A stretch of DNA of 64,000 nucleotides from a virus (lineage: Duplodnaviria > Caudoviricetes): IMG/VR virus record IMGVR_UViG_3300033067_001743, positions 58,496 through 122,495 of that record; one strand, written 5' to 3'. The notes under the pieces are model-generated. The model ran no database searches. It was not told where the DNA came from and saw only the letters and a list, made by a program, of their open reading frames with translations. The position numbers and the translations under genes are program-made. The first letter of the stretch is position 1. Every line of letters begins with the position of its first letter. Shown piece by piece: positions 1 to 10,098 of this stretch.

Positions 1-900
1 AATTCCGGGTTCACCAGCATTAGAATTTTCAATCCTTTTCCATAAATCTAAGAAATAATCTTTTGTTACTTTATGTCTCAGTAGAACAGCAGAATTATTT
101 GCTCTGCCAAATTGAGGGTTTAATTCCCACCAATTACCACTTTTACAAGATAACATTTCCTCATCATCAGCATTGAACAATGATATTAATGCTGCCCTCC
201 TTATTCCACCAGTTAAGACTGCATCTGCAATGTGACAAATTATGGAATGAACTTCTATTGCTTTTAATTTATCTCCATCTTCTTTACTTGATAATATCCC
301 TTCTATTTTAACAAGACATTCTTTAAGAGGTTGTGGGCCGGGTGCTTTACCACCTGATGTAATCAACCTTGCTCCTTTTGCTCTAATATCTCCAAAATCA
401 AAATTAACAGTTGATCCACCTTGAAAATAAGACTTCATCAATACTTTTATTGCATCTGCCCAACCTTCAATATTATCCGCTACCAACCATCTTCTACTTC
501 TATCTTTCCTTGGTTTTCTTATTTCTGGCAACTTTTCAACATGATGGTTTTGAACTGAAAATCCAACCCCTGTTCCACCAAGTAATAAAAACATTACCTC
601 AGAAAATGCCCGCCAATCATCAATAGGCAAAAATGCACAATTATAAATTCTAGTTGGATTTATTTCAATAGGTTTTCCGGCAAATTGTAAAGACCTCATT
701 GAAGGAAGTACCTTTTTATCCCTTACTAACTTATATGCTTTATCTATTGACTCTTTAAGTTGAGGAAATTTTTTCGTGTGCATCTCAATATTCCTATCTA
801 CTAACTCATCCCACGTTTCTCTTCTTTGTTTTGATGGTATGTATTTAGCATACTTCATAAAAACTGTCAATTCACTTAAAATTTTTTGGCTAACATCCAT
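1..900 (-). CDS. nrdJ: Class II (B12-dependent) ribonucleotide reductase, N-terminal part; runs off the window
   Basis: Not in the ORF track. Manual translation from ATG at 900: MDVSQKILSELTVFMKYAKY..RRETWDE..VLPSMRSLQFAG..YNCAF..GGTGVGFSVQ..GGIRRAALISL..RANNS..GEPG. AGGAG upstream. Confidence 0.9.
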   Translation of the reverse strand, partial: MDVSQKILSELTVFMKYAKYIPSKQRRETWDELVDRNIEMHTKKFPQLKESIDKAYKLVRDKKVLPSMRSLQFAGKPIEINPTRIYNCAFLPIDDWRAFSEVMFLLLGGTGVGFSVQNHHVEKLPEIRKPRKDRSRRWLVADNIEGWADAIKVLMKSYFQGGSTVNFDFGDIRAKGARLITSGGKAPGPQPLKECLVKIEGILSSKEDGDKLKAIEVHSIICHIADAVLTGGIRRAALISLFNADDEEMLSCKSGNWWELNPQFGRANNSAVLLRHKVTKDYFLDLWKRIENSNAGEPGI

Positions 901-924
901 GTAATTATTTTCTCCTTTTATTGA

Positions 925-2325
925 TTAAAATAAGCCATCAGGCGGCTCAACTCTATCTTGTTTTGCAAATTGCAAATATTTATCTTGTGCTACTTGCTTT
1001 AAATACTTTTCATCAGAAACCATGTCATTTGATGTTTTCTTTCCTTTTGTTGATTGTGGTGGATATAATTCAATTAATCCAATTTCTGTATCAACCTTAC
1101 TTGGAAATGTTAATCCATCTGGACCTAACCTTGATTTAGGTACGTGTACTCTGGCTGTCTTATTCTGCTTGTCTTTCTCTTTTCTTGATACAGTCATTAG
1201 AAAATCAACTGCAAATAACTTTGAATATGCGTTTGATATTCTATTTGTTCCAATTACATCTTCCTCGCTTCCATCCCTATTACTCTGGTCTGCTGACCAA
1301 AGTGCTACATTTTTTGTTCCAGCCATTCCTCTCAAATCCTTATATAACTCTCCCAGAACCTTTACTTCCCCAAGATTAGTATTAAAATCAATCTTTAAAA
1401 GTTCTACATAATCAAGTACTATTAAATCTGGAACAACTCCATTCATAATGAACCTTTCTATATGTGCCTCAAGACCTTGCAGTGAAAGTGTTCCGGGAGG
1501 AAATTCTTTTATAAAGAGTTTTCCTTGGTATTTTGACAAATCTTTCTTAACTTTTTCAATGTTATACTTTAAGTTATTGAATGGAATCCCTGTTATAATT
1601 GCATCGTATCTTTGGGCTACATAAGTATCATCTAATTCCAAAGTATAGTGTAGAACAGTCTTTCCCATTTTTAGTGCATGTGCGCCTATTGCTGCCAAAA
1701 ACCACGATTTACCGATTCCAGTTGGTGCCATTACAATACCTAACTTTTTCTTAGGTAATCCACCACTTGTCATATCATTTATTACTTGCCACGGAGTTTC
1801 AATTTTCTCATCATTTGCTTCTTCTGTGTACCTATAATCAATATCTTTTAAATAATCAAGTCCCATATCAACCTGCATATTAACTCGCTTATTCAACTCC
1901 TTTAATGCAGACTCTATTTTTTCATAATTTTTAGATTCCCAGTGCTCTACTCCATCTACTAAAAATTTCTTATACTCTTGATTAACGCAAAATTGCTTAA
2001 TGTCTTTTTTAATGTATTCAAGATCATTACTGCCAATTGCTGTCCAAACATCTCTTAATGCACTCACCACTTCTTTTTTAAAAATACCATCATTATCAAG
2101 TTTAGATACTTCAATGTGAAATACTTCTAATGTTGGCATCAACCTAAACTCTTTAAAATACAACAAAGTTTTTTCGCATATCCACTTTAATGATTTACTG
2201 CTGAAATAAGATGGTTCAAATGTATCCAGTATTTGACTGGTAAAATCTCTATCAGTTATAATAGAGGTCATTATTTTCACTTGAGTATGATAACCATATT
2301 CAAATGTCTCTATGTTGTTGACCAT
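925..2325 (-). CDS. DnaB/gp41-like replicative helicase
   Basis: Walker A APTGIGKS, YTLEL, LIVLDY, WSADQSNR, KSRLGPDG. Confidence 0.9.
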   Translation of the reverse strand: MVNNIETFEYGYHTQVKIMTSIITDRDFTSQILDTFEPSYFSSKSLKWICEKTLLYFKEFRLMPTLEVFHIEVSKLDNDGIFKKEVVSALRDVWTAIGSNDLEYIKKDIKQFCVNQEYKKFLVDGVEHWESKNYEKIESALKELNKRVNMQVDMGLDYLKDIDYRYTEEANDEKIETPWQVINDMTSGGLPKKKLGIVMAPTGIGKSWFLAAIGAHALKMGKTVLHYTLELDDTYVAQRYDAIITGIPFNNLKYNIEKVKKDLSKYQGKLFIKEFPPGTLSLQGLEAHIERFIMNGVVPDLIVLDYVELLKIDFNTNLGEVKVLGELYKDLRGMAGTKNVALWSADQSNRDGSEEDVIGTNRISNAYSKLFAVDFLMTVSRKEKDKQNKTARVHVPKSRLGPDGLTFPSKVDTEIGLIELYPPQSTKGKKTSNDMVSDEKYLKQVAQDKYLQFAKQDRVEPPDGLF

Positions 2326-3359
2326 ATGTTTAATATGTTAAACGTGTTGTTTATCCAGCCATCAAAATCTTTAAAAGAAGTGTGTAGATAATCTTCTACC
2401 AAATATCTTTTTATTTGATGTCTATCTAATTTTTGAATTGGTTGTTCTAATATTTCCCTAATTCTCAATTTACTGCTCACAGATATGTCAGTATCCTGTA
2501 ATTGCATCAACTCCATGTTCCTAATTAAAATGGCTTTATTGTCCAAAACTACCTGATAAACTTTGGGAACACTTTTTTTCTTTTTACCTTCCTGTGTTGT
2601 CTGTTTGAGAGATTCGTTAAGTAAATACTCTAAGTCTAAAACTTTCTCTGACACTTCTGGAAAATATTTCTTTAAAGTTTTTAATCCTATACCGTCAACC
2701 CCTGATATATTGTCACTTGTGTCACCATCTATCGTCCTATACAATAAATAATTTTTTGGATGAATTTCTAATTCCTCTTCCAGTGTTTGTAAATTGTATA
2801 ATTTCTTTTTTACAGGAGAGTAAACCTCGACTTGATCTGAAACTAATTGTAGGAAATCTCTATCTGTTGACACTATCCTAATTTTAGTAGCCTTATCATT
2901 GAAATACTGCATTGTCATATTCGCTATGACATCATCTGCTTCAATGTGATCCATGCAAATAATTTGTACTGGCAACAATTCAAGATATTGTATAACTCTA
3001 ACCAATTGCCGTCTACGGGCTGCATCTTCTTCTTCTTTAGTAGAGAAAAATTCCCTTCTTAATTTGAATGTCCCAGTTCTATTTTCTTTGTATTCTGGCA
3101 GTAGTTTTTTTCTTCTCATACTGCCTCCCTTCCCATCAAATACTACAATACATCTTGTTGGATTAAAGTCTCTTATTTCCTTTCCTATTGATCGCAAGGT
3201 TCCAAGTATTCCACCAACATGCTCACCATTCTCTGATATAACAGGTACACTTGAAAATATTCTTATGTATGTGTTTAACCCATCAATTATTAACACTCTG
3301 TCATTTATTGATTCAGTTTTATCATCATGTAATTTATTAAATAATTCAAGTAGGTTCAT
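2310..3359 (-). CDS. 5'-3' exonuclease / flap endonuclease (T4 RNase H-like)
   Basis: IIDGLN, VVFDG, YKENR, EADDVI, STDRDFLQL, GDTSDNISGVDGIG (H3TH). Start moved to ATG 3359, which overlaps the upstream TGA. Confidence 0.9.
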   Translation of the reverse strand: MNLLELFNKLHDDKTESINDRVLIIDGLNTYIRIFSSVPVISENGEHVGGILGTLRSIGKEIRDFNPTRCIVVFDGKGGSMRRKKLLPEYKENRTGTFKLRREFFSTKEEEDAARRRQLVRVIQYLELLPVQIICMDHIEADDVIANMTMQYFNDKATKIRIVSTDRDFLQLVSDQVEVYSPVKKKLYNLQTLEEELEIHPKNYLLYRTIDGDTSDNISGVDGIGLKTLKKYFPEVSEKVLDLEYLLNESLKQTTQEGKKKKSVPKVYQVVLDNKAILIRNMELMQLQDTDISVSSKLRIREILEQPIQKLDRHQIKRYLVEDYLHTSFKDFDGWINNTFNILNIWSTT

Positions 3360-3862
3360 TTGTTTAGTAGTATTTTTAAGCATTCGTAGGCTTTAGTTGC
3401 ACCTGTTAATGCATTATGTATTTCAGGCTCAGGTTCAATATTTAATTCTTTACATATGGCCTTCAATCCAAGAGTTTTGCCCAATTTACAATATGCCATA
3501 GTGTATAAGTCAAGATTTCTCCTAAATGGAAATGAATTAAAATCCATTTTACTATCATGGTGAACCTTCCTTAAAAATACTTGGTCAAAGTATATGTTAC
3601 AACTCAGTAATGTGTTTGATCTACCATTTGACCAATCTAAGAAGTTTTTATATAATTTTTTTGGTGTAATTAATTTACTATCTCTGATTTGAGATTCAAA
3701 AAACCCGTTAACTTTTAGGGCTTCCGGGTCAACCTTATCTTTTTTATAGATTCTACACTCTCCATAAAAGGTTTCCTCTGATTTAGTGTCTATTGCTCCA
3801 ATAGAAATAATTTGATGGATTCGTGAATTTAATCCTGTTGTTTCTAAGTCTATTACAATCAT
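3356..3862 (-). CDS. DEDDh 3'-5' exonuclease (DnaQ-like)
   Basis: IDLETTG, NIYFD, HNALTGA (the last Asp appears to be replaced). Confidence 0.8.
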   Translation of the reverse strand: MIVIDLETTGLNSRIHQIISIGAIDTKSEETFYGECRIYKKDKVDPEALKVNGFFESQIRDSKLITPKKLYKNFLDWSNGRSNTLLSCNIYFDQVFLRKVHHDSKMDFNSFPFRRNLDLYTMAYCKLGKTLGLKAICKELNIEPEPEIHNALTGATKAYECLKILLNK

Positions 3863-3883
3863 ATAAATTGATGTTTAAAAAAC

Positions 3884-3919
3884 GATACTGGTGCCAAGTC
3901 TTTACTCAACACCAGTATC
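3884..3919 (-). terminator. Intrinsic terminator-like hairpin after uvsX
   Basis: GATACTGGTG..CACCAGTATC inverted repeat followed by a T-run on the minus strand. Confidence 0.6.
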
Positions 3920-3935
3920 TTGGCTTTTAGGATTA

Positions 3936-5093
3936 TTAATCTTCTGGCTGTATAACATCTTCTCTATCAATAGAATCCGTATCAAAATCGTCTCCTATAT
4001 TATATTTTCTGATGTATGCAGTACAGATTTGATCGTAAATTCTCTGTTTCATTCCGGGAACATCGTTAACGAGTTTTTTAAATTCTTTGGCCATGAATTT
4101 ATGTACAACAATCTCCCCAGTGTCTTCGTTGATGTTTTCATATGAATACCATGCACCTGCTTGCTTTAAAAAACCGAAATCTTTTAATGCTTCAAGCCAT
4201 GATGACATATCATCAATACCACTTTCATAAGCAATGTCAAATTTTGCACTTCTTCCGGGAGGTCCAAGACGGTTTTTTACCACTGTAACTTTAACAGTAT
4301 TTCCATATTCATCTTTTGTATTTGGATAGTATAGTTTCTGCTCAAGTTTAGTTTTTAATCTAACTGATGAGTGAAATCCTATTGCGAATCCACCAGATGT
4401 TGTCATGTTTTCCCCAAATGTTACTCCCAGTTTACTTCTTACCTGATTGATAAATATAATGAGAATTTTCCTTCCCACCATCAAACTGGTAATTTTTCTC
4501 ATAGCCAATGACAAAATAATTGATTTACCAGTAGCCCAACCCTCTTTAGCATAATCTGCCTCAAGTTCAGCCAATGTTGTGGCTCCCATAACAGAATCAA
4601 CGACTATGGTAACAGGTTTATCTTTCCCAGATGCAACCTGTCTTTCAATTATAAGTGCTATGGTAGTGAAAATTTCCTCCAACGCTCTAAGTTTATCAGA
4701 GTATATTGCATTTTCTACATCTAATCCAAAGGATCGGTAGAAATCGAGCATACCTACAGCGTTTTCTGTATCAAATAATACAGCAAGTCCACCCTGCTTT
4801 TGGGTGTTGGCTAATACATGTGCTGCAATCAGTGATTTTGAAGAAGCAGATGGTCCAAAAATTTCACAAATAATTCCATAACCAAGTCCACCATTTGGTC
4901 TATTAGAGATCGCTAAATCTAAAATAGAAGAACCAGTGGATACCCAATCTGTCACTAAGTTTGCATTTGACATGTAAACAAGTGAGTTTGGAATATCTTT
5001 AAATTTTTTATTCACTACAGACATTACGTCTTCGGCGAGTGAATCCATCTGTTCATTCTTTGAGTCGGTTTCTTCGGGCTTCTTTTTTGCCAT
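3936..5093 (-). CDS. uvsX: RecA/UvsX recombinase
   Basis: STGSSILD, GPSASSKS P-loop, FDTENA, IVVDSV, IFINQVR, TSGG, KNRLGPP. Confidence 0.9.
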   Translation of the reverse strand: MAKKKPEETDSKNEQMDSLAEDVMSVVNKKFKDIPNSLVYMSNANLVTDWVSTGSSILDLAISNRPNGGLGYGIICEIFGPSASSKSLIAAHVLANTQKQGGLAVLFDTENAVGMLDFYRSFGLDVENAIYSDKLRALEEIFTTIALIIERQVASGKDKPVTIVVDSVMGATTLAELEADYAKEGWATGKSIILSLAMRKITSLMVGRKILIIFINQVRSKLGVTFGENMTTSGGFAIGFHSSVRLKTKLEQKLYYPNTKDEYGNTVKVTVVKNRLGPPGRSAKFDIAYESGIDDMSSWLEALKDFGFLKQAGAWYSYENINEDTGEIVVHKFMAKEFKKLVNDVPGMKQRIYDQICTAYIRKYNIGDDFDTDSIDREDVIQPED

Positions 5094-5096
5094 AAT

Positions 5097-5921
5097 TTAA
5101 AATGGTAAATCTGATTTTTCTGCTGGTTTAGCAAAAATGTCACTGAACTTTTGTGAAAATTCGTCTGCCACAGCGTTAACTGTTTCAATTGATGCTTCTG
5201 GCTTTTCTGCTGGTGTAGATACTGGTTCTGATTCTGTTCCGCCAATGTATGCTTTCAATGCTGCTTCCAATTCTTCTTCTGTTGGGCATTTATATACATC
5301 AGTGATGTTTTTTATTGTTTTTATTTTATCAAACAAATCAGCATCTTCTGTTGTAATAGATGGATTGCCCCGTGGACGGATAAAAGTCTCCGGAAATGCA
5401 CCTTCTTTTACTGGTGGAACAAATTCCACTGTCAAATCACGACCTCTTTCGAAATCAGTGATGTCTCCGTAATCTTCATCAGCAAACAGTTTTAGAATTT
5501 CATCATAATAACTTGGGGCAATTCCCCAGTAAAAAGGTCCACTATCTGGTTCCCCATTTTCTCCTCTAACTATGATTGGAACAAATACTCTTTTCTTTGC
5601 AGAAAGTTTATTTGCTACTTTCCAGTTGTTCGAAACTGTTTCTTTTTCTCCTCGTTCTGCCTTTAACATATTGCAGAATTTTACCACAGGATCAGGTAGT
5701 CCAAATGTTACTGGTGCAAGCATTGGTTTACCAAATTCATAGTAAAAATACAATTCTGTTCCCGGATAATCTGGGTTGTGTGGACTTGGAACGATTCGAA
5801 CTTTTTGTGTTCCCGGTTTAGGCTTCCAGAATAGATTATCTGTTTTCTGTCCACTTGATGACTTCTGTTCTTTCTGAGCATTGTGCTCGTTCAATTTTTG
5901 TTTAATCTTGTTAATGTCCAT
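5097..5921 (-). CDS. ssDNA-binding protein (T4 gp32-like)
   Basis: FWKPKPG..VRIVP, DYGDITD..GRD, acidic tail ending DLPF; adjacent to uvsX. Confidence 0.8.
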   Translation of the reverse strand: MDINKIKQKLNEHNAQKEQKSSSGQKTDNLFWKPKPGTQKVRIVPSPHNPDYPGTELYFYYEFGKPMLAPVTFGLPDPVVKFCNMLKAERGEKETVSNNWKVANKLSAKKRVFVPIIVRGENGEPDSGPFYWGIAPSYYDEILKLFADEDYGDITDFERGRDLTVEFVPPVKEGAFPETFIRPRGNPSITTEDADLFDKIKTIKNITDVYKCPTEEELEAALKAYIGGTESEPVSTPAEKPEASIETVNAVADEFSQKFSDIFAKPAEKSDLPF

Positions 5922-5983
5922 AAATGTAATTTGTGTTTAAAAAGTGAATAATGGGGTCTCTTACGGAGACCAAACGTTTTTTG

Positions 5984-6014
5984 CAATATACAACATTTTT
6001 CATTCAATTGCAAG
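5984..6014 (-). promoter_or_regulatory. Host-type promoter for the gp32 operon
   Basis: CTTGCA...TATATTG, a variant of the Bacteroidota -7 TAnnTTTG box. Confidence 0.45.
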
Positions 6015-6045
6015 TTTTTTATGTTATTATTTTCCTAAAATTTTT

Positions 6046-6816
6046 CTATTTATATTGTTTATTGAACCTTTGTATTATTTCGACAAAAGGGACAGGAATT
6101 CTGTTCATTGTTTCTTTAATTATCCAATCAGGAATTTCTTTGTAATATGCTTCGGCTATTCCACCTGCAATGCAAGCAACTGTATCACTATCTCCACCAA
6201 TTGATATAGCATTTCTTATAGCATCTTCAAAGTCAGTGCTTTGTATTACACATAAAATTGCTTGTGGTACTGTTCCTTGACATGTTTCATTAAACCTGTA
6301 ATGTGTTCTAAGTGAATCTACTGTTTCTGTCATATCAAAGGTCGGATAATACTTTAATAGTATATCAAATAAATAACCTTTGTCTGTTGCAGTTTTTCCT
6401 AAATGAATGGCTTCACATGTTGCTAAGGCTCCATCAATTCCAAGTGGATGATTATGAGTTACTGATGTAAATTCTACTGCTTTCTTTCCTATTTCATCCC
6501 AATCATTCAATGCAAATGCAACAGAACTAATTCTCATCGCCGCGCCATTTCCAAATGAATTATATGGTTTTGGATTTGGATTATCTATCCAATAACCAAA
6601 CATTGATCCATAACTCATTGCTGGATACATTCTACAAAACTCTTGTAAATAAACTGTTGGGTCTCCATCATTCATTAGACAGGCTGCCAATGCTACTGTG
6701 CAAACTGTGTCATCAGTGTACATTGAACAATCATCAAATAATGGAAAATCTTTAGTTCTAATATTATCAAATTCATAAATTGATCCTACCACATCTCCTA
6801 TAATCGCTCCAATCAT
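6046..6816 (-). CDS. ADP-ribosylglycohydrolase (DraG/ARH family)
   Basis: GAIIGDVVGS, YTDDT, SFGNGAAMR, THNHP, GGDSDT. Confidence 0.9.
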   Translation of the reverse strand: MIGAIIGDVVGSIYEFDNIRTKDFPLFDDCSMYTDDTVCTVALAACLMNDGDPTVYLQEFCRMYPAMSYGSMFGYWIDNPNPKPYNSFGNGAAMRISSVAFALNDWDEIGKKAVEFTSVTHNHPLGIDGALATCEAIHLGKTATDKGYLFDILLKYYPTFDMTETVDSLRTHYRFNETCQGTVPQAILCVIQSTDFEDAIRNAISIGGDSDTVACIAGGIAEAYYKEIPDWIIKETMNRIPVPFVEIIQRFNKQYK

Positions 6817-6822
6817 ATTTTA

Positions 6823-7524
6823 CTATCCTATTTTTATAGTTGTCATATTTTGATAATTATGTCCAACCTTTACCTTAAATGGTATGTTATTAAATGTTTT
6901 TGTTATTAGTTGTACTATCAACTCCTTTTCCTCAAGGTATACATCGAACAAAAATGAGTCATAAGTATAAAGTACTAATTTTGTCTTTGATTCACCTAAA
7001 CCTTTTAGGAGGTCAGTTAGGATGATGGAGTTAAACTCTGTTTCAAGGTTTTGCAACATGTAGTTGAAAATCTTTGTCTGATTTGGCCCTTCAATCAATT
7101 CTTTGGCTACTGGACGGTCAAACAGTAGTGTGGTGAGGGTTCCTGCCTCAAACTTGGTATGAATTGATTGTGCGAGAGCGTGAATAGAACTGAAAGGTTC
7201 AATCTCAAGTAGGTCTCTATGTATACCTCCATATATTTGTTTGAAGGTATAATCTTTTGGATTAACATCTTTTGGGTAGTGTTTAGATAGTTCTAAATAA
7301 ACATCACCTTTTGGAAAATCCAAACCACATATCATGTATAATAGATACAAGTGAAATCCACTTAAATCTACTTCTAAGAGACAACCTTTATTTGAATATC
7401 TACTTATGAACCTTTTTCTACTTCCATTGTCTTTATTCAAGGCTGCATAATTCACTTGATTAAAGTGATTACTTGGTCGGCCTGTTAATGAATATGGATC
7501 ATATTCGCAATATTCAAACATCAA
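6823..7524 (-). CDS. Family A DNA polymerase-like protein, C-terminal (polymerase) half
   Basis: TGRPSN, motif A-like VDLSGFHL, motif B-like KDYTFKQIYG, NYMLQ, motif C-like YTYDSFLFD. Confidence 0.75.
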   Translation of the reverse strand: MMFEYCEYDPYSLTGRPSNHFNQVNYAALNKDNGSRKRFISRYSNKGCLLEVDLSGFHLYLLYMICGLDFPKGDVYLELSKHYPKDVNPKDYTFKQIYGGIHRDLLEIEPFSSIHALAQSIHTKFEAGTLTTLLFDRPVAKELIEGPNQTKIFNYMLQNLETEFNSIILTDLLKGLGESKTKLVLYTYDSFLFDVYLEEKELIVQLITKTFNNIPFKVKVGHNYQNMTTIKIG

Positions 7525-8138
7525 AATTGTAATTTATAATGATCAAAGTTATCTATTTTTTTAATATCAAAACTATATTTAGGTCTTCTACTTTTACCAT
7601 TAGAGTTAATTCCTTGATTCATAATTAGTAGATTATCTGTCTTTTCGATTACTATAAAATAGATGCTTGATAACTCTGCCTTTACTTTCCTAAGTCGTGA
7701 TTTGTCAGTTCTAATTTCTCTTTTAAGTTCATACTTAGACTTTCCCCCTTTAAGATTAGAATGCCATTCCTTAAAAGAGCCATCGTTATCGTATTCTACA
7801 TCAAACCTTGCTATTACTTCACCATGAGAACCATACTTCTTTAAAGAATGATCCATCCCCACTTTATCATTTAATATAACAGTTGTAGTACTGTTAGATG
7901 ATGCTTTTAAATCCCAATTAAAACTTACTTTAAAGTCAAAGGTAACATTACCAAATGTATCTCCAATATTAAAATTTGATAATATATTTTTCGATTTATA
8001 CTCAAAATAAAAACCTAACCATTCCAGTTGTTTCCAGTTATAGTTGGCTTGCTTTAGTTCAAGTATACAACTCATCCCATTATAAAATTTTGGTAAAACC
8101 TGTAACCTATTTGATATTTGTATTACATCATAATTCAT
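7521..8138 (-). CDS. Putative PD-(D/E)xK restriction-like endonuclease
   Basis: WKQLEWLGFYFE..FD..WDLK pattern and QG.NSNG..R.PKY; family inferred. Confidence 0.4.
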   Translation of the reverse strand: MNYDVIQISNRLQVLPKFYNGMSCILELKQANYNWKQLEWLGFYFEYKSKNILSNFNIGDTFGNVTFDFKVSFNWDLKASSNSTTTVILNDKVGMDHSLKKYGSHGEVIARFDVEYDNDGSFKEWHSNLKGGKSKYELKREIRTDKSRLRKVKAELSSIYFIVIEKTDNLLIMNQGINSNGKSRRPKYSFDIKKIDNFDHYKLQF

Positions 8139-9006
8139 TAACCCCAAACTCAAAATCAGTTATCAAATAACCATCTTCAATAATACTTGAAAACAATCCA
8201 ACTTCCATTTTATACATGGTCTGAGTTGATAGGTTTTTGTATTCAATAGATGAGTAATGTTTTGGGAAGCATTCAACAAATTTTAAACTTGGAAAACTTC
8301 CAAAGAAATTTGAAAACCAACCTTGTACTACTTCTTGACTTCCGCTTCCACATTCTTTAAAATAATACATGACTTCCCAAAAACTTGGGTTATCAAAATT
8401 AGTTATAATATCATCAATCAAATACAATATTCTGTTTAAATATGTTTCAATTGTAGTTCCATTAAATACACTTGAAAGGTTATTAACTGCCTGTTTCATT
8501 ATTACATAATCTTCAACTGCTCCAAGTACTCTTATTTTATTATACCCACACATGTACATACTATAAGTATAATAAGGAGATGCTGCTTCAAGAAATGCCG
8601 TTGAAAATGCAAGTTTTGCTGAATTTGTTGTTGTTGAAAAATTCAAAACGACATTATCTTTCTTCAAACCTTCTGGTATTAAGTCAAAAACTGCATCCAA
8701 TAAACTATTTATTGGCATTACAACAGGGTCCATTGTAGGAACAGATACATTTTTCTTTTCTTCTGAATTTGTAAAAATTGATCTGTATTTATTTGGATTT
8801 TCAAGAACTGCACGACTTACCTCATTCAAGATTGTAAACCAAATGTAATCGGGCTTAACCTCAATACCATAATGGTTTGAATATCCATAGTGGAGGTAAT
8901 CAATGTATGTTTTGTGGAAAACTTCTCCTTTAATATTATCTTTAAGATAAGCAGTTTTTTTAGTTGGAGATGTAATTATCTCATCATTTTTGTAAATGTA
9001 TTCCAT
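8128..9006 (-). CDS. DUF4419-like protein
   Basis: HYGIEVKPDYIW, MCGYNKIRVLG..EDY, GSG...VQGW. Confidence 0.6.
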   Translation of the reverse strand: MEYIYKNDEIITSPTKKTAYLKDNIKGEVFHKTYIDYLHYGYSNHYGIEVKPDYIWFTILNEVSRAVLENPNKYRSIFTNSEEKKNVSVPTMDPVVMPINSLLDAVFDLIPEGLKKDNVVLNFSTTTNSAKLAFSTAFLEAASPYYTYSMYMCGYNKIRVLGAVEDYVIMKQAVNNLSSVFNGTTIETYLNRILYLIDDIITNFDNPSFWEVMYYFKECGSGSQEVVQGWFSNFFGSFPSLKFVECFPKHYSSIEYKNLSTQTMYKMEVGLFSSIIEDGYLITDFEFGVNEL

Positions 9007-9776
9007 TAACTTTTGTTTAAATTGTGATTTTGAATTTCTTGTATTAGTTTACTTAAGTCTATATCATAGAATCCGCAATTATGGATGCTACCAAATTCAA
9101 TTATTTTAAGTCCATCTGATGTATCTGCTATATCAATTACAAACATTTCTGATGGAGACCACTTAATTACCATCATTTGGGCAAAGTATTCTGCTGCTTC
9201 ACTAAGATGGTCAACATTACTATACCTAACTTGCCTTCCAACTCTATACAAAGACCCTGTTATAACCTTTCCATTTACAATAAAGAACCTATATTCTTGA
9301 TATATGTTTTTTATTGGAGCAACTTGTATTTTTATCCCTTCTTTGGGTTTACTTGTTGCAAATTGAATGGAAGTTAAATTATCTCCTGCTCTCAATACAG
9401 TTCCACTAAATGACTTATCATCAAGTACTGGACGCATGAACACATCATAATCAAGTGGTAGATTTAATTCTCCAATTGTTGTAATTTTGGAATCCCAGTT
9501 CAAACAGTCATCTTTAAAGACATTTGACCAAACTTCATAGTTAAAGTTGTCATTAAAATGGATTTTAACCCCTTGCTTTTGAGCAAGTTCGATGAATCGT
9601 ATTGATCCAAAAGCCATTTCAATATCCTTAGCATCACAAGGTAATTCAAGCGATTCTGAGAATGGTATAAGGTTCACTATTTGATATGGAATTTCATATC
9701 TCTCAAGCAGTTCTGCTACTTGATTGTACTTCTCTTCTTTCCAGATGTTATTTTGTAGTATCCACATATTAATCAA
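9006..9776 (-). CDS. ATP-grasp protein (DUF4343/R2K-like)
   Basis: FMRP..DDKSFSG, EYRFFIV, FVIDIA, KIIE, GFY. Confidence 0.75.
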   Translation of the reverse strand: MINMWILQNNIWKEEKYNQVAELLERYEIPYQIVNLIPFSESLELPCDAKDIEMAFGSIRFIELAQKQGVKIHFNDNFNYEVWSNVFKDDCLNWDSKITTIGELNLPLDYDVFMRPVLDDKSFSGTVLRAGDNLTSIQFATSKPKEGIKIQVAPIKNIYQEYRFFIVNGKVITGSLYRVGRQVRYSNVDHLSEAAEYFAQMMVIKWSPSEMFVIDIADTSDGLKIIEFGSIHNCGFYDIDLSKLIQEIQNHNLNKS

Positions 9777-10098
9777 TTAAAACTGCTAAACGAATGTGAT
9801 GTGCAATATCACCAACGGGTTGGTTGTTTGGCAACCATGCTATTAACTTTTTACTATTATACTCTTTTAAAATAGATGGAGTTACATCTGCATCTGGAAA
9901 TATCCGTCTTGTTATCATTAGTTTCTCTTCAAATCCTTCTGGCACACCAAAAGGAGAGTCTAATACTTCTATTGTAGATTTATTAAAGGCTATACGTGGA
10001 TATTTAACCTGAACAATATTATGACAGGTAAACCCTATTGCTTTTAAATCTTCTAAAGTATGTTCTTTAGGTGGTAGGTACTTTGGTATATAATCCAT
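9769..10098 (-). CDS. Hypothetical protein
   Basis: 109-aa ORF overlapping both neighbours. Confidence 0.55.
   Translation of the reverse strand: MDYIPKYLPPKEHTLEDLKAIGFTCHNIVQVKYPRIAFNKSTIEVLDSPFGVPEGFEEKLMITRRIFPDADVTPSILKEYNSKKLIAWLPNNQPVGDIAHHIRLAVLID

Noticed and set aside
7525-10080. Self-splicing intron or intein interrupting the PolA-like gene
   Set aside because: The insert is fully packed with overlapping ORFs, leaving no room for a ribozyme core. I found no convincing in-frame U/G splice pair, intein motifs or terminal repeats.
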